The notes: generated by a model from the letters alone, not told the origin. Positions 1-11,971 are shown, counted from the whole stretch's first letter. The stretch is 61,889 nt of DNA, filler included, from Globobulimina sp. (GCA_003354225.1; 20 parts of 20 records of this genome joined end to end with filler, not necessarily neighbours in it), one strand, 5' to 3'. Numbers and translations: made by a program.

Positions 1-306
1 AAAAAAACATATTTATTACGTTCATATTTATCAAAACAATGAATATGAAACTCTTCATTTACGAGGTAACCATATCAGAAACATGTGTATCAGCACATCT
101 TTTCTGACTATTTCTCACTTGAGCTCTAATGGAAAAAAAGTTAACAATGATTGTGGTGAGCGATTAACTCCAAAAGTTGAAGTCCGAGCACCACAATACA
201 TTCAAGTTTTCTTTTACTAGCGAAAATATTACAAAATATCATCTAAAAATACTTATTAACACAACCGGATAACTCACCTTCTTATACAAATATTATACAA
301 AAACAG

Positions 307-1074
307 TCATTGATATTCCCACTCATTCCCTTTATTTTTCTCCTTCGCAACTCTTTGTCTCCGTTTTTTTTCTTTTATTCTCATATCATCCAATTCTGCA
401 ATTTTCTGCCTGCGTTGTTCCTCAATCTCTAAATATTGCTCTTCCTCCGCATCGCTATCAAATTGGTCACTGTCCGTATATGTTCCCGTATCTTTTAAAT
501 ATTCTTTGTTTAATCTTTTCTCTCTCTCTGCTTTCTCCAACTTTTTTAGTTCTGCAATTTTCCGCCTTCTTTCATCCATATATTCATCATCGATATCGAT
601 GTCATCCTCGTTATGATGCTTGATTTTGTTTGCTCGCTGTTCTGTTTTTAATCGCTTTGACTCTTTCTCCATTTTTTGCATTTGTTTAATTTTGCCTCTC
701 CTCACTTTATCATTGGAAGGCTCGCTGTCGCTGTCACTGTCATATCGTTTCTGTTTTTTTCGATTTGATTTCGATGCATTCATTTCACGCAATTCATGTC
801 GTGATTTTTTTATACTTTTTGTGTCTTGCGGGTCAATGTTATTATCATCGCTATATTTCTCTTCTTGTAATTCGCGCCGTTTCTTTGTTCGATCTTCTTT
901 GCGTTTTCTTCGTTCTTCTTTCTCTTTTGCTTCTTTTTCTTTTTGCTTTTTTTGAGCTCGAGCTTCTATTCTTTTACGTCGCTCTTCTTGTCGTCTTTTG
1001 CTTTCGTAGTATTCTTCAGTGTGACCTTCGTCGCTCGATTCATCTGAGCCACGAATGGATGAACGTACTTGCAT
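307..1074 (-). CDS. Hypothetical highly charged (K/R/E/D) coiled-coil, low-complexity protein
   Basis: Open frame of about 255 aa from the first ATG (1074, MQVRSS). No recognisable domain. Confidence 0.6.
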   Translation of the reverse strand: MQVRSSIRGSDESSDEGHTEEYYESKRRQEERRKRIEARAQKKQKEKEAKEKEERRKRKEDRTKKRRELQEEKYSDDNNIDPQDTKSIKKSRHELREMNASKSNRKKQKRYDSDSDSEPSNDKVRRGKIKQMQKMEKESKRLKTEQRANKIKHHNEDDIDIDDEYMDERRRKIAELKKLEKAEREKRLNKEYLKDTGTYTDSDQFDSDAEEEQYLEIEEQRRQKIAELDDMRIKEKKRRQRVAKEKNKGNEWEYQ

Positions 1075-1223
1075 GATTTTAACCACTTACTTTGCTAAAA
1101 AAAACTCTAAAACATTATTGCGAAATATTACTGTTTAGTAAGTAGTAACCATAACCAAGATAACTACTATTATAAATATAATTGCAATAACAATGAATGT
1201 GTGCACACTTTACCAGACAAGCT

Positions 1224-1308
1224 AAATTAGCAGTATTAAAACTGTGAAGTTTTTCAGTTTCCAAATCCAAAAATTAGCAATATTAAAACTGTGAAGTTTT
1301 TCAATTTC
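1224..1308. repeat. Two near-identical 38-nt direct repeats in a divergent intergenic region
   Basis: aaattagcagtattaaaactgtgaagtttttcagtttc (1224-1261) vs aaattagcaatattaaaactgtgaagtttttcaatttc (1271-1308), 2 mismatches. Confidence 0.9.
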
Positions 1309-1360
1309 TGTTCAGCTAATTCTGTCAACAACAAACAGCTAAAAAACGCAATAAGGCTCT

Positions 1361-2923
1361 ATGGGTTGTTGTCAAAGCCAAAATGAAGAAAAACAAGCAC
1401 CTTTATTGCAAGGACTAGCCGCTAAATCCGACCAAGATATAACCAAAGCCACCGGAACATCCACAGCCGTGGAATCCACACAAATACAACAAAAATTACT
1501 CACAGCAGAAGCCGACGCCGCAGCCCCCGGAACATCAACAGACACCGACTCCAAACAAAAAGAGCAAACTCAACCAAGCCAAGCCGTCAATGAATCCGCC
1601 GCTGCCCAGTCCGCAGACGAAAAGGAAGAAAAACAACCAGTCATCGATGACCAACAAGAAAAACAAGAAAGCAGCATTCGTTCGAACCCAAATGATGCAA
1701 AAGACGAAGCCGCTGAAACCGACGAAAAACAGCAAGCATTCGACAAAAAAAAAACGAGTGCCCTTCCCGGCCAATGTTTGATTGAGCAAACCTTCGATTT
1801 ACAAAAGGATTTAAATACATTACAACAGAAATACAAAGGCCAATATCAACCGTTACTGAAACGCAATATCGTCGCAGCCAATGATACCGTACAAGTCACC
1901 GAAGATAACAGTATAAAAATCATGCAATTCAAGTTATATTTTCCTATATATCCCACTGTGCAAATATGAAAACCACAAAAAAATAACCAATATGCTTCCA
2001 GTATGTTAGCAGATGGTTTATCCACAGCGTATCGATGGAGCAGCACAGAAAAAACCTTTTTGAACGTCGACCCGTTGTGTCTTGAATGGACGTATCGCGG
2101 TTTACGGCTCGTGGAGGAAATCTTGCGTTTCTCGCCCGATGTTATAGCACTCGAAGAATGCGACCAATTATCCTTTTTGATGAAATATCTCTCCGCTGCG
2201 GGCTATGCGTCTTATTTCCAACAGAAAAGCTCCTCTCCCATCAAACATGTGAGAGCTGCGATTTGCGCGGAGAGAAAGTTGGAAAGTTCTGCCGTTGCCA
2301 TGGACTATGATGGCGTTGCTTTGATTTTCAAGAAAAGCAAGTTTGCAGTGAGTGAGGCTGACATTCAGTACGTCGATATGGCGGAGAATAAGGAGAAAGT
2401 GTTTGCGTTGGCTGTGCCGCTGAAATGTGTGCATATGAGCGTGGAGGAGGAGATTTTATTCGTTGTTACTCATTTGAAATCAACGAAGACTGCGCAGGGA
2501 GAGCAAGTGCGACAGCGCCAAATTAATTTATTGTTGACGGAATTGGTGCAGAATGAGAAGGGTTTGCCGGTGGTTTTGTGTTGTGATTTGAATGCGAATC
2601 CGGTGCGGAATAAGAAAGGGTATGAGGCGTTGTGTTATCATGCCATTACAGGGGAGGATGGGTTGGGGTTTCAGTCGGTTTATAAGTTGGGCACTGGCGC
2701 GGAACCGGAATATACTACTTTGAAATTGAGGCAGCACGGAAGGGATAAACATGTGTTGGATTATATATTTGTGAAAGGCGGCAGTTGGGAAGTCAGTGCT
2801 TTGTTGGATATACCAAAAGAAGTGGAGAGGGATGCGGATGAGGAGGAATTGCGTGGTTTGATACCGGATTGGCATTATCCGAGTGATCATTTTAGTATTT
2901 TGGCGCAGTTGACATGGAAATGA
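1361..2923 (+). CDS. NOCT: Nocturnin/CCR4-like EEP-family phosphatase, 2 exons (intron 1933-2001)
   Basis: Splicing restores IKIMQFNMLADGLS. Motifs EWTYRGLRLVEEILRFSPDVIALEECDQ, VTHLKS, CDLNA, DYIF and YPSDH are present. N-terminus is MGCCQS. Confidence 0.85.
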
Positions 2924-3002
2924 TTTATGTATATATAGAAATATGATTTAATTACTTTTTTTCTCTATTTTATGTTAATAGTAATTTATATAAATTAATA
3001 AT

Positions 3003-3102
3003 NNNNNNNNNNNNNNNNNNNNNNNNNNNNNNNNNNNNNNNNNNNNTTAATTAATTAANNNNNNNNNNNNNNNNNNNNNNNNNNNNNNNNNNNNNNNNNN
3101 NN
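3003..3102. other. Artificial contig spacer (N44-TTAATTAATTAA-N44), first of 19
   Basis: The same six-frame-stop linker recurs about every 3.1 kb (next starts 6105, 9206, 12307, 15408, 18509, 21610, 24710, 27810, 30910, 34010, 37110, 40208, 43306, 46404, 49502, 52600, 55697, 58794). Contig lengths fall from 3002 to 2996, so adjacency across linkers means nothing. Confidence 0.99.
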
Positions 3103-4194
3103 TTAGAACGCATTTGTCCCATATTCTGTGTCTCTGCGGTTAAAGGTGACAACCTCGAAAAACTAAATTACTTTTTGTCGCAATTACAGCCACGGACTCC
3201 ATGGAAACATGCAAAAGAACTCTACATCGAAGAGGAGGACAAAGAGCAGAAAGAGAAAGAGAGAGAGAGAGAAGAATTGGATAAGAAATTGGATGCTAAA
3301 TTGCATGAAATGGAGAGTAAAATCAACAGTGAGATTGATATTAATATTAATAGCGATGATTATGGCGAGTTAGAAATTGATGAGACCTTTGCAGTGCGTG
3401 GTGTAGGCATTGTAGTGTCAGGAACAGTGACTGCCGGCAGAATCTATGCAAATCAGAAATTGTTCTTAGGTCCATTTACAGACTCATCGTTTAAGGAGAT
3501 ATTGATACGGAGTGTGCACATGAAGCGGTGTGTAGTGAATGGAGGGGCCAAAGCGGGCCAATCCTGCAGTGCTTCCTTTCGATTTGTAAAAAGAAAAGAA
3601 GTGGTGGATCGGATCATGATTCGTAAAGGAATGGTGGCAGTGTCGGATGAAACGAGCAAACCAAAGCCAGTGTGGGCTTTTACAGCCACTATTTTGGTGT
3701 TACATCATCCGACGACCATCAATGAAGGATACCAACCCGTAGTGCACTGTGGCAATATTCGACAGACCGCCACCATTTGTAAGATGAGTAAACCTCGACT
3801 ACGATCGGGTGACTCTGCCTTAATTGACATGAAATTCTTATGTCAGCCAGAATTTTTACATTCCGGTCGGGCGGTTATTATCAGGGAAGGTTCCACCAAA
3901 TGTATTGGCAAAGTGATACAGTTATATCCAACGTATAATCGCTCATTATCAAATTTTAAAGAGCTAGAAAACAAATACCTAAATATTGCAAATTTTGACC
4001 ATTCGTATACGAAATATGATCAACAGCCAACAATGATATTTGATGAAAAGGAAAAAATAATTACAAAAGATGAATTACACAAATTGGAGAATGAAATGGC
4101 TCGATTGAAAGCAAAACAGAAAGAAATCAAAAAAGAAAAGAAAAAACATAAAAAAGCAACAATGTCGGAAAAGAAAGACAATGATCAACAGTGA
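3103..4194 (+). CDS. GTPBP1: GTPBP1/GTPBP2-like translational GTPase, 5'-partial (end of G domain plus domains II and III)
   Basis: Open from the contig edge: ERICPIFCVSAVKGDNL, IDETFAVRGVGIVVSGTV, FLGP, VLHHPTTI..GYQPVVHCGNIRQTA, LRSGD, IREGSTKCIGKV. Confidence 0.85.
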   Translation, partial: LERICPIFCVSAVKGDNLEKLNYFLSQLQPRTPWKHAKELYIEEEDKEQKEKEREREELDKKLDAKLHEMESKINSEIDININSDDYGELEIDETFAVRGVGIVVSGTVTAGRIYANQKLFLGPFTDSSFKEILIRSVHMKRCVVNGGAKAGQSCSASFRFVKRKEVVDRIMIRKGMVAVSDETSKPKPVWAFTATILVLHHPTTINEGYQPVVHCGNIRQTATICKMSKPRLRSGDSALIDMKFLCQPEFLHSGRAVIIREGSTKCIGKVIQLYPTYNRSLSNFKELENKYLNIANFDHSYTKYDQQPTMIFDEKEKIITKDELHKLENEMARLKAKQKEIKKEKKKHKKATMSEKKDNDQQ

Positions 4195-4283
4195 TTGTGA
4201 TGTTTGTTTGTTTGTTACTTTGTTTGTAGCATTCATCTTTTCTCAAAGTTTTCTTACTACTCAGAAAAAAATTGTTTCAAACA

Positions 4284-5057
4284 ATGGGCTGCGTGTTAGG
4301 ATCAGGAGCATCTGTGTGCAGAGTTGTTTTTGTTGGACTGGACAATGCGGGGAAATCATCCATATTACATTGTTTGACAGAAGACAAAGCGTCTTCCAGT
4401 CAGCGGCCAACCATTGGATACCAGCAAGCGACTATACACAGAGGAAAAATAGACTTACAAATATGGTATTGTTAATTGTTTGTTTATAACAACATAAATG
4501 ACCTAATATTGCATGGTAATGCATCAAATGAAAGGGATGTCGGTGGAGATGTGAAAGGTCGCGATTTATGGAGGCATTACGTGAAAAATGCACATGCGGT
4601 CGTATTCATTCTGGACGCCTCGGATGAATATCATATGGACCAATGTGGCAATGAGAGTGGTATGTGTCGCGTGTATAATTATTTTTGATAAGATTACAAT
4701 AATAAACAATAATAATAAATATCATTTTGATGGAAATGCGAATTTGCGTAATGATAATGGACAAACATGGATTGAAATTCCTATATAGCAAAGGCTGAAT
4801 TACATGCACTGTTAAAAAATGACGAATTGCCCTTCACATCGCCTTTATTAGTTTATGCAAACAAACAGGACAAAATAGGATCACTTGATACGAATCAGAT
4901 TGAGAAACGTTTAGATTTAAAGTCAATTAAAACGCGGCCATATCATATTCAACCATCATGCGCTTTAAATTGTAGTGGTGTGGATGAAGGAATAGATTGG
5001 CTCTGTCAAACCTTATCGACACAAATCAACTCTCGAAAACAAATGAGCATGCAATGA
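4284..5057 (+). CDS. ARF/ARL-family small GTPase, 3 exons (introns 4466-4534, 4660-4788)
   Basis: MG start, GLDNAGKS, PTIG, WDVGG(D), LWRHY, ANKQD and SCAL. The GT-AG introns restore the frame. Confidence 0.85.
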
Positions 5058-5211
5058 TTCCTCGTGTTTTATAGTCATACATATATTTGTTAATATAAAT
5101 ATCAATCAAATAAGTTGTTTATCTTTCCATTGTTTGTGTTGTTTATATGATAAATTCATTTCAACCTAAAACTAAAACTACACAACAATTATTAAACAAA
5201 ACAAAAACATT

Positions 5212-5883
5212 TTATTGACCTATTTTTTTCTTTTTCTTGTTTTTATCCTGCAATACACCCAACATAGCATCTAATTGATCCAATTGTTCTTTCCGAATTT
5301 CTTGTGTATCATTTTTTATTTCTCCTTCAATCAGTTCCCTTAATCTCTTTAACCAAACAATTTTGGTATGTACTCCCGATGGCAATGGAACCTTATCCAT
5401 AACCCTCAATTTATGCGACGGTAAAGATTTAATCATATGCGATATCCCTTGGTCAAATTCATCAGTCACTTGACTCGAATCATACCATGCTCGCTCATAT
5501 AAAAAATTGCCCATCATCTCATCTTTACTCATTTCATAATCAATGGCATCAAACCCTTTGATTTTGCCAACTTCCACTGCTCCCGCTTTATGACTTAGCT
5601 TCGCCAACTCCTCATAGTTCTTGTTTTCTTTTTTGATCTTTTCCGCCCATAATCCATCCTTACCACTTGCTGCCAATTCTTGTTCCACTTTTTCACTCCA
5701 TTCTGGTTTCTTATATCCGTCCGCTTTGCCAATCTGTGTTGGGCCTAACTTCTGCTGTACGCTTGCATCGCTATCCTTTGTTATGAACTCAGTCCGTTGT
5801 CGATAATACCCATCATCGCTCAAAAATGCATCACCACCCACCACATCTTCTAACTTCCAACCTCCCAACTGCAATGAGGTCAC
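5212..5883 (-). CDS. Hypothetical eukaryote-like protein, 5' end lost at a probable chimeric junction
   Basis: Host-like composition, open for about 223 codons. The first 22 codons of the track ORF are GC-rich and bacterial-like. Confidence 0.5.
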   Translation of the reverse strand: MTSLQLGGWKLEDVVGGDAFLSDDGYYRQRTEFITKDSDASVQQKLGPTQIGKADGYKKPEWSEKVEQELAASGKDGLWAEKIKKENKNYEELAKLSHKAGAVEVGKIKGFDAIDYEMSKDEMMGNFLYERAWYDSSQVTDEFDQGISHMIKSLPSHKLRVMDKVPLPSGVHTKIVWLKRLRELIEGEIKNDTQEIRKEQLDQLDAMLGVLQDKNKKKKKIGQ

Positions 5884-6104
5884 GGCGCCAAGCTTCTTGA
5901 CGAGGGTGTAACGGCTCGCAAGCTCTATTCCTTGTTGGAGGTCCCGCATTTACCAGTGATCGCTTATCCCGTCGGTTCCGCAATACGGACGGGATCTGCA
6001 TCGCTTGCGTCGGGCGCAGCGACAAAGCCGGTTTCGGCCTCGTAAATTTCCTTGAGCAATCTGCGCCAGCTCTCGTACTGCGCTGCCGCAGTACCGGTCA
6101 GTTG
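5884..6104 (-). other. Bacterial fragment: 3' end of a hypothetical gene plus the start of a Ser/Thr kinase gene
   Basis: Abrupt GC rise. 6104-5964 reads QLTGTAAAQYESWRRLLKEIYEAETGFVAAPDASDADPVRIAEPTG*. After 14 nt comes MRDLQQGIELASRYTLVKKLGA, resembling bacterial Hanks-kinase subdomain I (RY.l..kLG.GG), cut at the Gly loop. Confidence 0.7.
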
Positions 6105-6542
6105 NNNNNNNNNNNNNNNNNNNNNNNNNNNNNNNNNNNNNNNNNNNNTTAATTAATTAANNNNNNNNNNNNNNNNNNNNNNNNNNNNNNNNNNNNNNNN
6201 NNNNATATTGTGAATATTGTTTTTTTTGTTCAACTAAATCTTTGTGTTTATGCATCTCTCTTTTTGCTCGTTTTTCTTGTTTCAAATCGTGAACTGTGGC
6301 AACAGCTAAATATGCATTATATTGTAATCAATTTACAACGTAATACATATATTATGCAATATCATACCAGTCACAGCAGCTATGGCACCAATTGCCAATC
6401 CACCAATGATAAACCCACCCGTTTTTCTAGCAGCCATAATCAGCGAAAAAAGTTGTGTTTGCAAGTGAGCTAATTCTGTGCAATGATATTTGCCTCAGAA
6501 TTAAAATAAATACAAAACAAGACAACCGAATACGAAGAAGAG

Positions 6543-8797
6543 TTAATATCCATCAAACCATGGATCAGAAAAGCATTTATCACATTGGCATAACCATTTT
6601 GCATGATATCCATTAACATTACAATGTTTTGTCGATAAAGCAATTGAAATTGACATTTCATAATTTCTTTTATCTTCAAATGTATTAAAATTACAAACAA
6701 CATCATCATCAATATTATTTTGAATGTATTGTACAAACATATTACAGTTTGGCGTTACATCTGTTAATATTAAGAAGCGATACCTATTGAATTCAAATTT
6801 TAATAATAACATACATTGTTTGCAACATTTTCTTAAATTATTAAATAATTCGACAATTTGCTTTGAATGAGTTTCTAAATCAGTATTAAATTCGTCATCG
6901 CTGACACCGATGTTAATTTTAATAACAATAAATTCCAATTTATCATCATCATCGACATAATCTTGCTTTGTTTCTAATGTTTGATTAAAAACGTCATAAA
7001 CATTACTTATTTGATTTGCTTTATCAGTCATTTCAATTTCGATCCAATTCAATGACTTCTCAACAAATAATTGTTTCGATACACATTCAATAAATGATTG
7101 ACATTCGTCAAACCAGACAGATTCCATTGAAACTTCAAAATGTATCTGTCTCAATGATGCCGACTGACAGATAAAAGATAAAAAATCAAAACTCGAATCA
7201 GTTATCAATTCCATACATAATTCACTCAAATTGTCAAAGGTGATTTGTTTGCAATCGTTTTCAATCACAAATGAAAAATCATCCTCTGCTGACCATAAAT
7301 GCAACGAATGTAATTGCTGCGATAATTGATTGATAATTACATTGCTTAACGCCATGCATAGCGTATTATTATCACTGCCAAATGAGATCAACCCTCTAAT
7401 GCCAAGGGGTGATAATATCTGTCTGATTGCAAATGTGTCCTTAAATAGCTCCAATAATTCATTATAAGTTATTGTGTCACATTCGCCATCATCCAAACCA
7501 ATTAGCTCTAAAACATTATATTTCAGACAGACTGATTTCTGCATTGAATCTAATAATTTTGCACTTTGCGAAAATAATTCAATGCTATGATATCTCCAGA
7601 ATTGAGGTAATATAAATGTAATAAAGCGATAAATTGAAAACATATTATCGCCGATTTCATTTTCATGCATAATAAAATCCATATTTCGCACTGAAAATAC
7701 ATTTAAATTTAATGCATTTTCATTTGTGTACGTTTCTAATAATTTATCCATAAACATATTTGTGTATTTTATACAGCCAATGTCGGTCAAGCGAATATTT
7801 GATAGATTTGGTAGATGAATAATTTGCGTTTCATCACTGATACACGAAATATATAAATTATTTATCTTTTTGTGACATAGAGTTTGCAATTTATTGTTCA
7901 TTGCAGTGTCATATTGTATCGATCTTATATTTCGTGGATCTTTGGGTGAAATAAAATAATTATTTGATTGGGAGAAGCGATACAAATCCGTAAATGCATT
8001 GTATTTAATATAGTTTGTGTCGTATTGATATTTTATGTATTTTGTATATGCCTTATGCCTGACGCATAAATCACATATTTTATATTATTGATTGGTTGAT
8101 AATAAAACATTGCATACCTTAAACCAATGCAAGATTGAGGTTTTCTCGCATTTATACAAACAGTGCGATTACATAATTCAAACTTTAATAAACTTGCTAT
8201 ATCCAAATATTTACAAATAAAACATATTATCGATGTTGGTAATGATGTTAAATTCGTTGGATATAAATTATGCATTTTATTCAATAAACATTGCAATGTT
8301 TTTGACAATGATAATTTATGATATTTTGCATCAAATAATAAACACTCAGATTTTAATTGAGATAATGATAATTTATGAAAAGTAAACGTTTTCACAATAT
8401 TATCGTTTATTAAATGATGATTTAATTTCTTTATTAATTTGGATTTGTTATTTTCAAGCTTAGCAATACGAAAATGTCTGTTTTTGCATAATTGTTGTAA
8501 TGAGCGTAAATTTAATGATGAGAGTGTCTTATTTAGTTTTGAGGTTTTATTGGGGATATCGATATTGTTTGTTTTTGTTGCTATGTTAATAACATTATTT
8601 AACGCATTCATATTTGTGTTGGAATTGTCTTTATTTATGGTTAATAATGCATAAAATCCATAAAATATTAGCTTTTTCAAGAATGGAGTGGATAGATTCT
8701 GTGACATTTGAAATAAGAAACCATTGTATTGCGTTGTGTTGAATTTGTTTGTTATGCTCATTAATTTAATTAAACTTCCAAGTTTATCGGTGTCCAT
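6543..8797 (-). CDS. Large hypothetical protein with SAP-like and F-box-like segments, 2 exons (intron 8059-8117)
   Basis: A 59-nt GT-AG intron joins the 254 and 480 aa ORFs in frame. F-box-like LTSLPTSIICFICKYLDIASLLKFELCNR; SAP-like LSSLNLRSLQQLCK..NKSKLIKKL. Confidence 0.6.
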
Positions 8798-8883
8798 TTC
8801 TCAATCCTTGCACCAAATGAGTTTTTATTTTATTTTTTCAGCAAAAAAAAACATGAGCTCCGTTCATTATTTACAAACTAAAA

Positions 8884-9205
8884 TTACTTATATTGACAAC
8901 GCAAATTTTTAAAATGCTTAATTAGGTCACGTTTATCTTTAAAACGTTTAATATTAAAGGGTGGAACCGCTAAATCAGCTGTACATAAATCTGGCAATAT
9001 CGCACACTCTGTAAATCCGAGCAACAACCTATCCAAATATTTAATATATCTTCCATTTTCCAAACATTTTATCCATAAAATAAAATCATCCAATGTCCAT
9101 TCTTTATAATCCATTACATTTGGCGCATATTTATTATGTATATATTCCTTAATGTCATCAAACGATTTATTGATCCTATGTGAAAAAACACCAAATTGCA
9201 TCCTT
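8884..9205 (-). CDS. C-terminal SAM-domain protein, 5'-partial
   Basis: WTLDDFILWIKCLENGRYIKY...LPDL...DL...NIKRFKDKRDLIKHFKNL fits the SAM pattern. Confidence 0.6.
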
Positions 9206-9305
9206 NNNNNNNNNNNNNNNNNNNNNNNNNNNNNNNNNNNNNNNNNNNNTTAATTAATTAANNNNNNNNNNNNNNNNNNNNNNNNNNNNNNNNNNNNNNN
9301 NNNNN

Positions 9306-9707
9306 ATCCTTAAATCCGCCGATATTGGTATAGACCAACATACATATTTCAAAATCATCGCCTGAAGACACCCACGGCCAATCAATTACATTTAAGTCCC
9401 ATTTTAAGGTATATTTATCCAAAACGCGATCAGCAAAGTCATAAACATCAACGATTGCTCTTTCTTCAAAAAGATAGGTTGTAATGTTGAATAAACAATT
9501 ATTGCCGAAAATTGATCCTAACGTAGCTTCATAAGTGTTTCTTAAGCAATCATATCCCTGATAAGAAAATATATCACCATCGCCAGTCCAATTCCATTTT
9601 TGGACATAATGTGCAAAAATAATAGCATTTGTTGTTGGGATGTCCATTGGAGTATATTCGATTGCAGATGTCACTTTAATTGACAATTGGGTGATTTTTG
9701 AAATCAA
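9306..9707 (-). CDS. Hypothetical protein exon, 3'-partial
   Basis: Open frame of about 134 aa running off the contig. No motif recognised. Confidence 0.35.
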
Positions 9708-9959
9708 ATCAAATCAAATTGCATGCATACCTCTGATGGTAATATATTGTGTGTCATTACAACTGCTGTAATATTTGAATTGTGCAGCCCATCGAGTATA
9801 TTCCATTCGCCATTCACAACCAGCTCTAGCTCGGAACAAGTTGATAGCTGCAACTGTCAACACTAGTGTTAGAAACATGAGGCAGATATTGAGTGTTTGT
9901 AGGTGGGCAGATTTTCAACTCCAAATCTTCAACTTCCTACAATTTTTTCAATTTACATA

Positions 9960-11859
9960 ATGGACCCTGTAGATTACGGTGATACTTCTGAAGAGGACAC
10001 CTCAGAGCAACCAACCAAATCGTCATCAATGTCATCTCGTAAACTGAAACGTGAGCAAGAACAAATGACCCAAAGTGACATAATAAATAATAATCTCGAC
10101 AATCTTGCGTCATTGATTCCAATCCTGCAATCACACCAACAACTAATTGATGCTGAATCAACATCAATGTCTCAATTAGCTCCCACAGCGATATCCCAAC
10201 CCAAAAAGCATAAACATACACACTCCTCACATTCCACTTCGAATCCATCACATTCGCATGCATCAGCAATTAAAAAATCAAATAAAAAATCAATGCAAAT
10301 GAATAATAATAATATTATGCCACATAATAACAACAATTCCGCCGAATCCATTGCATACTTCATATTACGCAGCAACAATGAAGAAAATGTACGAACATCG
10401 ATGGAAAAGTGTGTATGGGCCACGCAGCCCCAAAAACGAACCTGTTTTAAATGACGCTTTCGAGGTATTTACACTGATAAAATAACTTATTCTCCATTAA
10501 TTTACATTTATTTTTTGAAAATACTGTTGCTGTGCTACTACCACAGCCAATGCAATGCGTGCTACTACCACGCACCAAACGACTTACTTGAAAAATATAT
10601 ATATCATTATGTGACTGTTTTTATTTTTAAAATTTAAATTCAAACTTATTTTTATGTTGTTATTGCCTCAGCAATTTGATAAAGTTATATTATTTTTCTC
10701 GGTCTGCCGTAGTATGCATTTCCAAGGTGTTGCTCAAATGACATCGCGTATTGGCCACCGCAAATCTCGATCGCTGTGGGAAGCCGACCCCCACACTCGA
10801 GGCAAAACAAAATGGGGTATGTCTCAACTTTACACTTTGTTTGCCCGCTCAGCCATGCATGTTTTCCTTCACTTTGCCATGTTTTTTCAAGGGGGGACGT
10901 TTACAGTTGTGTGGCTGCGCATTTTCGATTTAGCCTTTGACCAAACCAATAATATATGCAATCCGTGGAATGGCAATCGACCCGTTAAATTTAGTCGCGA
11001 CGGTCAACCCGTTCCACATAACGTGGGCCACCAATTGACGCATTTATTCGACATTGGTGTGATGGAATTCGGTCAGGGCTCTGCCATATTACGCAAGCCG
11101 ATACGTATTGGCAATCTGCAGGATAATATCATTGCTGTGCAGAAAATATTTGTGAATGGACGGTTTGTGCCCGCCACGGATATACAAACTGCACAGAATA
11201 TGGTTGTGTTGGAAGAGGAATCTGTTATGTTAAGTAACAGCAATCACAGCAATGCGAACCATCACCACAACCACAGCCATGTACATATGCCTATGCATGC
11301 TAATAATGGTAATAATGAGAACGAAGCAGCGCAGCATGCCTTGAATAGGTTAGTTAGCAGTTTGCAACAACAACAGGCGGAATGTGATGCAAATGGCCAT
11401 GGCGATGTATTGAATATTGCGAGTTTGTCGAAGAGCCATAGGGACAGATCGAGAGATAAAAGAGTGAGGAATCGGAGCAGGAATAGAAAGAGAGACAGAG
11501 ATCGGGATAGGGATAGATCGAGAGATAGGAATAGAAAAAGAAGGAGGAGAAGCGATGGTTATTATGAATCATATTCGTCGGAGAGTGGTAATTCGAAGGA
11601 AAGCAAAGACCGAAAGAGAAGGAGTAAGGATAAAAAGCATAGACGGAGTAAAAAGGATAGACATGATCCAAAAACAAGGCGGAGAGAACAAGAGAATGTT
11701 ATAAACAGTTTATGGACACAAATTAATTTACAACAGGCACTTATTGCACAAAGTGGGCTGTATAATTCGTTAAATGGTGATGCGAGTACAAACAACATTG
11801 CATCTGCTGCTCCAACTCCAACACCAACATATCCGTCCAATAGAGGTGGTGTATATTGA
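9960..11859 (+). CDS. YTH-domain (m6A reader, YTHDC1/CPSF30-like) protein with RS/RD-rich tail; introns 10465-10671 and about 10818-10881; apparent +1 frameshift at 10428-10436
   Basis: YFILRSNNEENVRTSMEKCVWATQP, NEPVLNDAFE|QFDKVILFFSV..SMHFQGVAQM, WGGTFTVVW, NPWNGNRPVKFSRDGQ. Confidence 0.85.
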
Positions 11860-11971
11860 TATTAATATAATAAAACAGATTGTACTGTATACTTTAATTA
11901 TTATTGTTACCCTTGCATGCTCTGATTGAGTTGTTTAATTTAATTTAAATTGCAATAGCAAAGTAAAGTTA

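Noticed and set aside
620-1076. Hydrophobic plus-strand ORFs (and similar short overlapping ORFs elsewhere in the track)
   Set aside because: Antisense or alternate-frame shadows of better supported genes.
3047-3058. Regularly spaced TTAATTAATTAA palindromes as a biological repeat
   Set aside because: Always embedded in N runs. It is an artificial linker, and ORFs ending in X...LIN are artefacts of it.
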